From NCBI GenBank assembly GCA_051294905.1, contig CM119371.1, positions 30,382,001 to 30,446,000 of the forward strand: a stretch of DNA of 64,000 nucleotides, written 5' to 3'. The position numbers were made by a program, and so were the translations under genes. Each line of letters opens with the position of its first letter. Positions within the stretch are counted from its first letter, which is position 1. The notes beneath the pieces were generated by a model. That model had not been told where the DNA came from and did no database searches. It saw only the letters and a list, made by a program, of their open reading frames with translations. Below are positions 26,310-38,900 of this stretch, in pieces. Source of the DNA: Botryllus schlosseri. Its lineage: Eukaryota.

Positions 26310-29300
26310 CAACATCTTGCATGATACATATATTTCATTTAGGCTCGCACCGTTATGGCTATGGGATTTCAGTATTAGTAGAGGGTCGATATCAATATTT
26401 CAAGGGGCACAGTCAGCGATCACGGCGTTTGTATATATATACGCAATGGGCATCTGCAATATATCCTCATGAGATTGAATAACACCGGAGGAAAACATAA
26501 TTTTCCCCGCTTCTACAGATACTGACCAGACCCCTCTGCCAGCGTTGGACAACTAGATCATTCCACTTGTCCAATTATACCAATTATGCCTGTTATCTAT
26601 TTCTAATTCAATTTTGAAATCTTTCTTTGCTCTAATTCTAATCTCATTTGCGAAATCTTTCAATGCTCTTATTAGAATTCGAATCTAATTACAACACGAA
26701 GGAGCCAAATTTGCCGCAAAGAAGTCTTGTTGTGTTGAATCAAAAAAATTCATCTTTCGGAATCGAATCCCGTATTATCTACTTTTTACCGATACTGTTG
26801 TGCTGTTGACTTGAAATCTGTCATTTTCCAGTCATACTCACGAATTACCCGCTCGACCGTTCGCATTACAGTTTTCGCGTCATTTACGGTGTTACAGACG
26901 TTAAAGGTGCCTAAACGCGAGACGTGTGATTTGAGTAAATGTTATATATGTAATAAAATGCTTCGGACAAATTCGAATGTTGCAAGAATCGTGATTTTAC
27001 CTTTCCTGTGATGGCGTGATGCTGTTATCGTGTCGAAAATGCGATGGTCGGTTGCAGAGTCAGAGACAACGGGCGCACGTGTTTCGAAATTACTTTACTG
27101 CTGTCATCTATTATTATGTGGCAGTGGTTCTGAAACTGTTTAAACCGCGACCCCAATCTGGGTTTTATTTGCATCTCGCGACCCAAGTCTCGCACATCGA
27201 AATAATGTATCTTTATAGTTATGCTATACGTTTTCAAGGTCATAAGTGTTGGGATCAAAGTCAGTACCTTCGAGTCACAAGTCATCTCGAGTCATTGCAC
27301 AATTTGACTCGATTCAAGTTAAGTCAATCGATTTTTGAAAGTAACTCGAGTCAAATCGAGTCAAGTCAAGTCAAGTCACAAGTCAAGTCAAGATTCAAGT
27401 CAAGTTGCCTTTTCGAAGTACCAGTCATGATTGCGTCATTGCATACTGCTAGCTGTTTGAAATATAGATTGAGCACTTGAGCAGTCATTTATTTGAATCG
27501 AGGAACGAACATAGAGGTAAATAGAAGCCTACATGCAAAAAGGCGTTGTATGGCTCACACATACGTAGAACTGCTAAACGATACGTAAGTAATTGTATAG
27601 CCTCCGTCTATAATTATCCATTGAAATTGAGAATAGAATGCGAAATCTCGGAAAGCGAAAATAAATTGATATAATGTAATGCAATGCAATAGCCACCTAA
27701 GCCTACGCCAATGGTCGATGAGTATTAATATATTCGAATTTCTTTTGAGGTTTTGTTAAGATGAGAATAGAACACAATAAGCAGTCTATAGAACAGATAA
27801 AGATATTTTGCTACTAGATCACTTTACTACAAGTTTACGACAACGTAAGCTGTAAGCTCCGATCACTTCGTTTGTGGTCAATTTATTTTTGATGGAACAT
27901 GGAGGCTCAGTAAAACGCTCGCATCTTTGAATGATTGGTCGCTCTCACAGGTGACACAAACCTTCGCGAACAACTTGAACATATGCAGGATATAGTGCGT
28001 TTTATCGACACCAATTACTCGATGACTGGAACTTGACTCGTAAATTTTGCACCGAGTCACCGAGTCTTATATTCTCTGCATTGCTTTTCATTCAGTGTGC
28101 ATGCCTCTTCTTTACTTGGCCTAGGCAAAGGTGGGTTTCTGATCTCATGAATACGACTTCTGATCTCATGAAGACTACTGTTTCGACACCCTCCTATCTT
28201 TTCATTGTATCACAGTTTTGTGACGTTTTTAAAACGATGAAAATATCAATAAAACTGATTGACTGAGTCAATTCACATTCATCGTACGCCGAGTCAAGAC
28301 AAGTCATTCTTGCAAAGTGACTCGAGTCAAGTCAAGTCATACCAAAAAGGTGACTCGAGTCATCTCAATACTGGCTCATCTATGAAATAGAAAACGTGCA
28401 GATAACCAGTTGTACGCAGCTCAGCTCCAAGAAACAGCTGTGATGCACTTACTGTCAAATTGGGGATGAAATCGATATAATCCAGTGTCGAGCATTTCAA
28501 CAACAAGACATATCAATATCGAAGGTTATGCCCAACCAGCGATGGTCATTTGGGGTCTAGGTTTTGTCGTCGCCGATTTGTTCGTCACCGCACTTTGCCC
28601 AGCCGCATATTGTTCAAAACGTCATGTATTCAAGTGTTCTGACGCGGAACGGGTCGGCTCCAAAATGTTTGTATCTTCTTTAATGGCTTCGCACCCGCAT
28701 ATTGCACACCCTTGACCAGGGGTGGCCAACCTGCCGCAGTAGAAGGAAATTTATGCGGCCGCGGACACGCATTCAATTAGTATGTGTTGGCGGCCGTTGA
28801 CATGCAGTTTGAATTTACGAACTGATTCCCGATTTCTTGAAAGATTTGATTAACGCGATTCAGTGTGACATCATTTTTCGATTGTAACATAGTAGCGCTA
28901 TTTTCAATGAGAGTTCCACAGTACAGATGCGAACAACAGAAGAAAATGATGCGCCTCATATAAAAACACCAACCGGCAATCGTGTGCTCCTTACTATACC
29001 GACAATCCTGTTCTTTTTGATTTTAATAATAACAGCACGATCAAAAGAAAATGGGATGAATGACGACCATGTCAATCAAGGTGATGAAAGATAACGCTTA
29101 GTTTTAATAACGTGGGACTGTGAATCATCATCCAGATAGCTGAAAACGTTCAACCTATGTGTTAATGATAGCTTAAAACGTTTACCCTATGTGGTAATGA
29201 TGGGTCGCCACAATCATTAGTGATCTGTTCTAGTTGCGAGGAAACATGTTGAGTCAAATCGGGGCCATCCATAATAGTTGCGTCTTCATCTTGATCGATG

Positions 29301-29681
29301 GAGTGGTTTCTGCCAGCAAACTGGATCAGAGATGAGGGAATCTTTCGACTTCGATAGAAGAGACTCCAGATTGCGCTTCGTTTGCGGTATCCCGCCAGCG
29401 CCTCGGATATAGCAGCAGCATGTCTCAGACAACAAACTAGTATCCACAGCAAAACGCTAAAATATTGATTGACTATCGCTCTTCGCTCTTTTTCTGTCAG
29501 TCTGTCAAATAGCTGAAATGTACTGGTGCCGGTGACGAGATGCCATCTCCGGTTTATATGAAATGTACATGATTGTCCGATAATAAACCACATTCACGCA
29601 TCCCGTCCGAAAATTTGATTTAAACCAGAACCCTAAACATGACCATCAGTGACCACTCCCGATTTCAGTGCGTATAGTAAG
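26310..29681 (+). repeat. Local segmental duplication, copy 2
   Basis: Colinear with 20233-24016; lacks the 21343-21870 insert. Confidence 0.85.
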
Positions 29682-29803
29682 TAATGTTTGCTAGCTGTTT
29701 GAAATATGGTTGAGTGGTCATTGATTTTGAACCGATGAACGAATATAGAGTTAAATATACACGGATGAAAGCGTAAACTATGTAAGTAATTAGATAGCCT
29801 CAG

Positions 29804-30072
29804 GGTGGCGAGATGGCGCAGTGGTATAATCTGCGGCTAAACACCAATGGGTGCTGGTTCGAGTCCGACCGACGTCGACTTCCGAATTTCGATATCTAGG
29901 TGTTGGAGGTTTACCTAGGCTCCTCATCGGCGTCAGCGGTGTCTTACAAACGCCTAGAGGTGGGTCGTGCTATAAGTCGGCAATTGCGGAAAATAAGAAG
30001 AATATCGGCCTGGTGTAAATGATAATAGTAGTCGACAAACACCGTGAATACCCCAAAACAAACAAACAAACA
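29804..30072 (+). mobile_element. tRNA-derived SINE
   Basis: A box TGGCGCAGTGG, B box GGTTCGAGTCC, (AAAC)n tail, 12-bp TSD agatagcctcag (29792-29803, 30073-30084). Confidence 0.85.
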
Positions 30073-32410
30073 AGATAGCCTCAGTTTACCAGCCAAAATA
30101 GAGAATAGGGAAACATATTGATGACATGCAATACATTACCCACAACATGTTCATGTGATAGAATTCGAGCCTGCGCCAATGGTTGACGAGTATATATACC
30201 ATATTCGAATTAAATTGACCTAAAACTGGAGGTTTCGTCAAGGTAATACCAGAGAACAGGGATTTATATTTTGCTATTAAATTACTTTACTATTAGTTTA
30301 CGACAACGTAAGCTGTAAGCTCCGATCCCTTCGTCTGTGGTCACTGGTCAATTTATTTGTGAGAGAACAATGGAATCTCAATAAATCGCACGATTATTGA
30401 ATAAGTGGTCGCTCTCACGGGTTATACAAGAGCTTCGCAAACAATCCGAACATATGCAAGATATAGTGATTTTTGTTGACACAAATTACTTGATGACTTG
30501 AATTTGACGCGAGGATTTTGCTCCGAGTCACGAGTCAACCCACATTTCTGATGCACCGAGTCAAGTCAAGTCAAGTCATTTTTGCGAAGTGACTCCTGAA
30601 AAGTCAAGTCATGCGTAAAAGGTGACTCGATTCTGACTCGAGTCATCCCAACACTGATGTGATAAAGGTGCAGCCAAGGGTTTAAAATCGTGTAGGATTA
30701 TGACTAGGCCGGCATCACTATCAGATTAATCGAGGAAAGTCATATTATAGGTCAGGGCTCGGGGATGAACCATATTGACCCTATATTTTCAATTGTGATT
30801 CTGAAATAGCCATACCAGGGATCCAGTCGACCATCACGTGACAATTGAAGATTCGTGGCGTCATGGTGGCGAAAAATAGCAGTTCACTATACATTAGGGT
30901 TACCATACGTCGGTAGGAGGATTTGTCCTCCTTTTTCAGGAAATTGAAAATGTCCTCCAAGGACGACTAAATATCTTCCTTTTTGACAATTCGCCTTTAC
31001 AGCTTTTACGGTAGGATAATGGACACTCAGGCCTCAGAGTCAACTGAAAACCGGCATAAATGACGTGAAATAGGTGATATGGACGTTCGAGCGGGTCATT
31101 CGGGATTCGAAAGAAAGTGATGACTTTTATTTTTTTGGTCAAAAACACGAAACTACCGGAAAAGTGGGTAAATCGGGAGTCGAATTTGAGTGATGACCTC
31201 TTTTATGGCCAACATAAAATTTCTGGTAATTATAGGCCTACCAGCTGTTTTCAATTTCGATCAACTAACTTTTTTGATTTTGTAGTGTCCTTATTCCTCG
31301 ATTCCAAAACATGGTAGCCGTACTACGCATGGGATTCGTCGAATGCACCATATTTGCTGTTTATACACGCGGATGTGATGTTATAACGCCCGCACTAATG
31401 AAACCGGTTGTTCGACGTTTGAGCATGCGTCATAATGGAAGACGACAGTTGAGCAAGGGTCAATTTACCTTTGCTACACGGGCAGGAAACCTTTTGCAAG
31501 CGTAACATATTTACTTTATTTCCTTTAGACGAGTCGTATGATCCTTTTCAAAGGTTAAGGCCATTAAGATATACATTTTAACGTAAAACAACGATTGTAA
31601 AAAACAGTAAACATTAAACAACAGACAACAGGTAGGCTACCGTATTTGCCCTATTGTAGAATAATCAATTATATTTGACTGCATGATAATGAAATATTAT
31701 TAACAGCAAATATTAAGCATAAATTGTAAGGTTTTGAAAGGGGCTTTTGAGGCCTTAAAACCCTAAGAGTATGGCCCTGTCTTGGCCTCATAAACACTAC
31801 AACAAAGCTACAAGAATAATGATTCCAGCCGTATTCAAAATTTATTGAGAAACTGCGGCAATATCGATAAACAAGATGTGAATACAGTGCCAAATTATAA
31901 ATCCAAAATCGTCAATCGCAATTTTTACATAGCCCGCGAATTTGGAGGTACGCTACCGGGATCATGGCTTGCTTCGGCTCACTAAGGAGCAGAGGTGGTC
32001 GGTACCGCAGTACTGCTTTTTTGGATTAGTCAAATAAGTTTTGCCTACATGCGCTACTTGAATTTTGTTAGCCCAACGTAATGCCTTGAGATGAGTTTGC
32101 AGCACCGTGACGAGTGAAATTATCATGGGAACCACGTGAAATAACCAATGTATTACCTATAACTCGATATATTTTCGAAGATTGTACCTATTTGAAGTGT
32201 GATTGGTCCTTTTGCGTTAGTCACGTGGAAGCAAGGCTTTGGAGCCGGAGCCGTGTACTTTCAACAGAACCGGAGCTGGAGCTAATTCATGATAGAAGAG
32301 AGCTCCGGAGCTACAGCAGTTTAAAATTGACGCCAGCTCCAAAGCTGTGGTTGAAAGTATGCAACCTTTTAACCATTTTTAAAGCACTTCAATAGTTTTC
32401 AGGCCTTTCA

Positions 32411-32416
32411 TTTATT
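32411..32416 (-). terminator. Putative polyadenylation signal of the fusion gene
   Basis: AATAAA on the minus strand ~270 nt after the stop codon. Confidence 0.5.
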
Positions 32417-32681
32417 GCTTCGACTTGAGGTAATTTTGACATGTTATCGAATTGCTACTTCCTAGTGGAAATTTACGGCATTATACCTACGTCTACTTGT
32501 GTAGCATTGATGACAAGACCACATTTGCTCACAAGTAACGGAATTTAGAAAATTGAATACCAGTCAGCAAGCCGCCGGCCACCTTCAATTCCAATGTCTT
32601 CAATCGAAATTTATATATCTCCATCAAACATGAATGCACGCACCACCAGGATTATAGATTGCTACGATACAAGAGTCCAAG

Positions 32682-32913
32682 TCATCCACGGAACAGGTCA
32701 CTGCTCTCCGCCATGATAGCGGACACGCATTGGATGTAGGCGAATCTACCCAGGTCGCTGGCGAACTCATTCCAATCCTTGTTCGGCTCGGGAGTTTTGA
32801 TCTTCGGGGGAAGGTAGTAGGTGCAGGTTTGCGTTGTCTGACTGGTCGGCAAGTAAATGCCTGGACTTTCCGTGCGGAACGTGACAAAGTAGTCTCCGCT
32901 AGCTGGATCCAAG
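32682..32913 (-). CDS. Fusion gene exon 26 (terminal, TGA)
   Basis: ttttcag acceptor. Reads SLDPASGDYFVTFRTESPG...SSDLFRG*. Confidence 0.85.
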
Positions 32914-35900
32914 CTGAAAATAATCAAAAGTTGAAATAATGGGTAGTCCACAGTGGCAGGCTTGTACAAACTGCTGTATTTTCGAGCTGCGCAACCAGGG
33001 CTAGGGCTATTCACCATTCAAAACTCTCAAATAGATTGGAACTAACTATTTTCCACATGAACATCAGTACACATATGAAATGGGAAGGGGTTTCGACCCC
33101 CAAAACCAACCAAGGGTACACCAAATTTGGTAGTGATGACTGATAAGCTAGCAACTGCTGCAAGAACATCACACAACAGAGCAAGGGTATCACTGTAGAA
33201 ATTAAACATGGAACGGCTACGACCGATTTTGCAGCTTCGTTCCGCTTCGCCGAGGCTGGAATGGAGAATTGTTTTGCGTAAGGGACTGTAGGATTTCTGG
33301 CAATCCAAAAGCTATCCTCCCGAGCGCAGAAATTACTGAATCTGGTCTTGATCGAAAGCTACTGTTGCACCGATTCCAAAAATATAATTTAAAATATTGA
33401 TCAGGCTCTGATAGACCCAGAATCTGTCCTCCAAGTCTGAAATATCGGGATAGTTCATAACAATCGGGTAACCGCAACACAATGGCCATAACAATGACCC
33501 GCTGTGACTCTCCGATTGTTCGAACAATGCCAATATTTCAGACTTGTAGGACGGATTCTAAGTGGATCAGTGCCTGATCATTATTTTAATTTATATTTTC
33601 GGAATCGGTGCAACAGCAGCTTTCGATCAAGACCAGATTTAATAAGTTCTGAGCCCGGGAGATAGCTTTTGGATTGCCAGAAATCCTACAGTCGCTTACG
33701 CAAAACAATTCTCCACTCTAGCCTTGGCGAAGCGGAACGAAGCTGCAAAATCGGTCGTTGCCGTTCCATGTTTAATTTCTGTAGTATCACCATAGTGTCC
33801 TATATGCTGTGGACACAACCAAATCTCACGCCTCGGTGAAATTGGTCTACGGCGCACTTTATATATAGCTAAAGGCAATTTGACTGTACTTTTTGACCGG
33901 CTAGCCGAGCGTGAAATTTGATGAAACCAAACACCGTTAAAATGTAACATTCGAGGCTGATTTTGGGTGGTTCCGGGACCACGAGCAGACGGAAATTAAT
34001 ATTTTCGCAATCAGTATCGCGGTAGCTTTTGATTGATACCCGTTTCATCAAATTTCGCGCTCGGCAAGCCGGTCAAACATTACCGTCAAATTGGCTTTAG
34101 CCAAATGGAAAGTGTGACGTAGACCAATTTCACTGAGCCGTGAGATTTGCCTGCGTTCACACCATATAGGACACTATGGTATCACAATTCACGCCATACG
34201 ACGACACTCACCTCGCGTCAATAGCATCCGACAAAATCCCGCACTCCGGCACAGAAAAGCCCGACTCTCCTTTCACAGTAATTTTGACCGAGCTGTCCGG
34301 TTGAATCTTCGCCTTTTCTCCGTCACGCAGTGCGAAAGACACGTCGCTGACAACGTACGAACCGCCGCCAGGCCCGCGGCCTTGGAATCGGAGGTATAGC
34401 TTCTTGCCGTCTTCCGAAGGGACGCAGTAATCGTTATCGATTAGAACGCGGAAGGTGCCGACCAGTTCGCTCTGACTGCAAGTGTAAAGGGTCGTATATG
34501 AGACTTGTGTAAATTACTTGATTTTCGAAATGCGGAACCAGAACTAGAACTAGAACTATACTCATTTTTCAAAATATGCAACTAGGACTAGAACTACTCA
34601 AAAATCCAGGAGTTAGTTGACCGTTAACAAGCTAGATTATAGTTTGTACAAGTCTGTGGGAAATTCATTCGACCATACTTTGTTCTAACGGATAACCAGA
34701 GGTGGCCAAAGTCGTTACAATTGGAACTCGAGTAGAATTAGTGTTTCAGAGTAAGTAAAAAAGGTATATTCTTGGCCTAGTTTTGTCTAAAAGTCTGAAA
34801 ACTGCGAATAAGAAGTAGTGGTATGAAATAGCAGCTTCTTAAATATGCGGCCCAAGTCAGCAAAACATATTCGAGTACTTCGAAAAAGTATGAGCGCCTC
34901 TTTACTGACCGGCTTTGCGAATGACACTATTCAATGTACCATACATAGAGGTGCTCAGTAACGAAGTACACTGCAAGGCTGTCTTGCATACCTACACTAC
35001 TCGCTAAGTAGTTATATTTATACATCTACTTGTACTCCTTATCATTTTCTTCGGGAAATTTTACTTTCTTTTTGAATGAACTAGGATTGATTACTTGCAC
35101 AACGCCTTTCGCTTCCCACAAGATAGCGTAATGGTGGAGCGTCCGGCTTCTTGCTCGGGCGGTCGAGGGTTCGATCCTCGCCCAGGACAGACACTGGTAT
35201 CCATGGATTGTCCGCTTGGCGGCCAGCATTACCGGGACAGCATGGAGGGGTAGTGCAAGACATGTAAAGCCTTGCATGGCTATTCCTGTGCCTTCATAGT
35301 CCGCGGCATATGCAAATCATACACTGATGGCGTGCATATGCAGTATGCACAGATCGAGTGTATGTATATGATGAGTTGGTGTATATGCCGCAACAAACGT
35401 CAAGGAAAATAATATACTACGTCCTATTCTTGAGTAAGTTTTCGTTTATTTCGCACTACTTCCTCGAGTGGTTAGGTTTTTGACTACTCCCACTTCTACT
35501 TGGTATTTTGTAAAATAGGAGGTAGATTTGAGACATGCATAAATTGCTTACATAACTTTTACGAGTGAAATTGTCATGACAACTGGTCGAAAGAGCCAAT
35601 GTATCACAGTGACTGAATATGTATTCGAAAATCGCACCTATTTGTAGTGTCATGAGTTCTTTTGCGTTAGTCGCGAAGATACATCTTGCGATTTTGAAGC
35701 TATAGGCGCCGCCTAATCAGTGCTGATAACTCTGTTATTACGTGAGAAATTTTCTCCCAGTGTTGAGGTTTCAAAGTGGTCTGGCCTAACTTACATGTAC
35801 TCCGTGACTCCGCCAGGTGGGGCTCGCCTCAAGGTGCCGTCGTTGACACGGAGCTGGTCGAACGGAGACCAGATGTCCAGGGCCGCCACTGCAGGTGGTT

Positions 35901-38900
35901 CAGACACATCGTTCTCAATTATGAAAGTCTTGTAAGCTGCGTTGGTGATGTTGTCAAACGCAGACGGCACATCCATCTTGAAAAGGAAGTCAGATTTTAG
36001 CTGGATTTTACCAGAGGCAGCCTTGTAAGTGGGAGATACAAAATTTGCAGTAGGCTTATGTGGTAATGTAGTATAGAATATTTCCTCTTCATCACTTTAA
36101 GAATGAATTTAGTTATTGTTGTGACAACACAACAATTGTTCGAAATATCCCCTGTAACACTCCACGAGAAGGTTGCGCCTCTTTAAAGAGCCATCAGTCA
36201 TATTGTGTTAGTCACGAAATCCCATCTTACAATTTTAGAAGAAGCCATCACCGATCAAGTGCTAACAGTATGTGACCCGGGACCATATATACGTTTTGAA
36301 ACCAAGCATAGGCTACTTGAGTACGTTTCAGATCCTCATATTCTACATTCACTTGAATTAGTTTGAAATGCCTTCGAAAATTACGACGTTCCTTTCAATT
36401 CTATATTAGTATCAACGATTACGTTTTCACCTCAAGCTATTCCATATTCTCACAATAACTCCAAACGTAACTCACATACCTATATAGAACAATACCTTCC
36501 GACGAACGTAGTATTATTAACGGAAAACTTTAATCAGTGTCTCCCATACACATAACTGGATTAGACTGTCAAGTCGGAGATTAGAAAAATATATTGTCAG
36601 ACTTACGGGCTTGCCATTGTAGTACACCGGGTTGACGAAAGGATATCCCATGTGGCGGGAATCGGGGTAATCCTGTCCCTTGGCGCCACAGTAACTCATG
36701 CTCCCGCAGGACGTACGAATTCCAATACTGTCAATGTTGTTGTCGGTCGCCATGACGAACAAGACATATTCCTCTCCAGCCTGAAAAAAAACATCCGAAG
36801 TTGAAATACATAAACACGTTTACAATCCACCATTTGAAATGCTCATGCCACATAAGGCAGTGTGAAAAAACTGACAAAAATTTTGTTCATATTTTGTGAA
36901 ATCTACAATGGCGCAAAAAAATATTTCAATTACCTTGTGTTATTGACTAAATCAATAAAATTAAAAAGGCCTTCCTTGATATAAGCACTTTGCCGTGATT
37001 TTAATAACTAGGAATAATAAAATTGGAGCAACGAAATATACTTCCAGATTTTGACTATCACATGGGAAATATAGTAAGCCTGCTACTTCATTTCCTCTCC
37101 ATGGTTACCGATTTTAGTGAGGAAAGTAATCCATTTGCGAATTATATCGCTATCGGATTAACGAGGCTATCTCAATGAGGCTGACGAATTGTAAGTAATA
37201 TAATCATCGTTGTATGTTTGTCGTAAATATAAATCTCGAACGCAATGGGCACATAATCTCGTTACCCTAAAACACCGACTTTTGGTACGCGACTTAGCAT
37301 TCTAGTACGGGAATCGTGGTGCTCAGCATTACTGACGACACTTAACCAACTCGAGATTATAGCACATGTGGATTCGGATTCGGTTATGACAGCTGAGATT
37401 CAGAATTTTGATTGGCGATTTTACCTCAATGGTTTTTTTCGCCATTTGAGCGATCATTGTTCAAATATTCATGCACTAGATGACTGGATTCGTTGACAGA
37501 GTGAAATCTATGTCATCCTTGACGGGCCGTGGGTCTGTCAGTAGGAATTCTAATTTCATTGATACGTTGATGTGCGAGCATTTGTTATCCAGAGCGTTCC
37601 TTTGACGACGAGTGTACTTTCGACAATCTATTACGTGGTGTGATAGGTCATTGCCACACACGGATATTCGAAGAATCCGACAAACCTTATAGGTATACGG
37701 TCGACAAAATACCAAATAATCCTTTATTGTGACGTAGAACCGGCATTGTATGCATTATGGTAGCACAAAAGATACATATTTGAATTTACACATATTTTAT
37801 ACTGCTGTGACGTCATAATAATTGATACTCGACTAGACTCGTAGCCTAAAACCTGATTCATAAGAATCGAATCGCTAAGGTTCTCGATTTTGCTCATTGC
37901 TAGGCAGAACAATTGAACTCAAAGCAGATTACTAACAGTACCATGCCAATGATAGTCCTCACCTTTTTGCCTCTAGGCACCAACATGTTGTATGGCCATC
38001 CGCATTCGCAGAAGCCCGGGTTCTCTTTCACCATAGGCTTTTCCGAGTCAGGCCACTTGCCGGGTTCCATGTCTTCGTGAAGACGCTTGATCACGGAGGA
38101 GTGCACATCTGCGCGGGTCACTGTGAGATGATCCTTGCCGGCTGGTATTCTGACATGGACATGACGGTGGTAAGAGACGAAGCATGAAAGGGTCTTGCCG
38201 AAGTTGTAATGACTCAAGTCATGAGTCGACTCCGGTCGCGATTTTTCGGTGACTTGAGTTGGCTCAGGTCATTTTTCAAAATTACGGAAAATAGTCGACT
38301 TGATTCAATTTGTTTACTGTCTCGACTTGTACTCGAGTCATTGCGCATGGCTTTACCAAGTCAATTCACTCGAGAATCAAACGTTGAATACTGGCATTTC
38401 ATTGTAACTTCAAGGAATAGTAAAGTTACCGCATCGATATTTCGCCCGAAACTGGTAAGAGTGAGGAAAATTAATATACAGTATTATAGGTACGAGGCAT
38501 TCGATATCACCCAAGCAGAGCTGTAAAAAATTGAGTTGAACAACACTTGACCTCAAAACTGAATAGGGAACATGATGACTTTGGACTTGAGTCTCAATAC
38601 TATGACTCGGACTCGATCCCTTGCACGTGCACTCCGGCTCGGACTCGACTCGGTAGCGGATTGAAAATGACTCGACTTGACTCGAGACAAAACATTAAAA
38701 GTAAGATCATAATTTGGACTAGGGCATGGAATCTCTGAGAATAAACGATTTTCGTGCAATTTTTCAAAAAATCAGACATTACCAGTCATGGGCTAAAATT
38801 TACGCGAGGGAAATGAATTCCGGATGCCTAGATTTTAAGAAAATGAATTCAGTAAAATATTACTTCCGCCTAGCTCTACGACAAAAGAACGGCGCATACC

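Noticed and set aside
27016..27480. 154-aa ORF and similar SSQVKS-type ORFs (18812-19260, 21161-21373, 38209-38759)
   Set aside because: Translations of agtcaagtc/gactcgagtc-rich MITE sequence.
29804..29875. tRNA gene candidates (also ~35115-35190 and ~47216-47285)
   Set aside because: Pol III boxes are present but I could not fold a proper cloverleaf. They continue into SINE bodies, with a tail and TSD in the 29804 copy.
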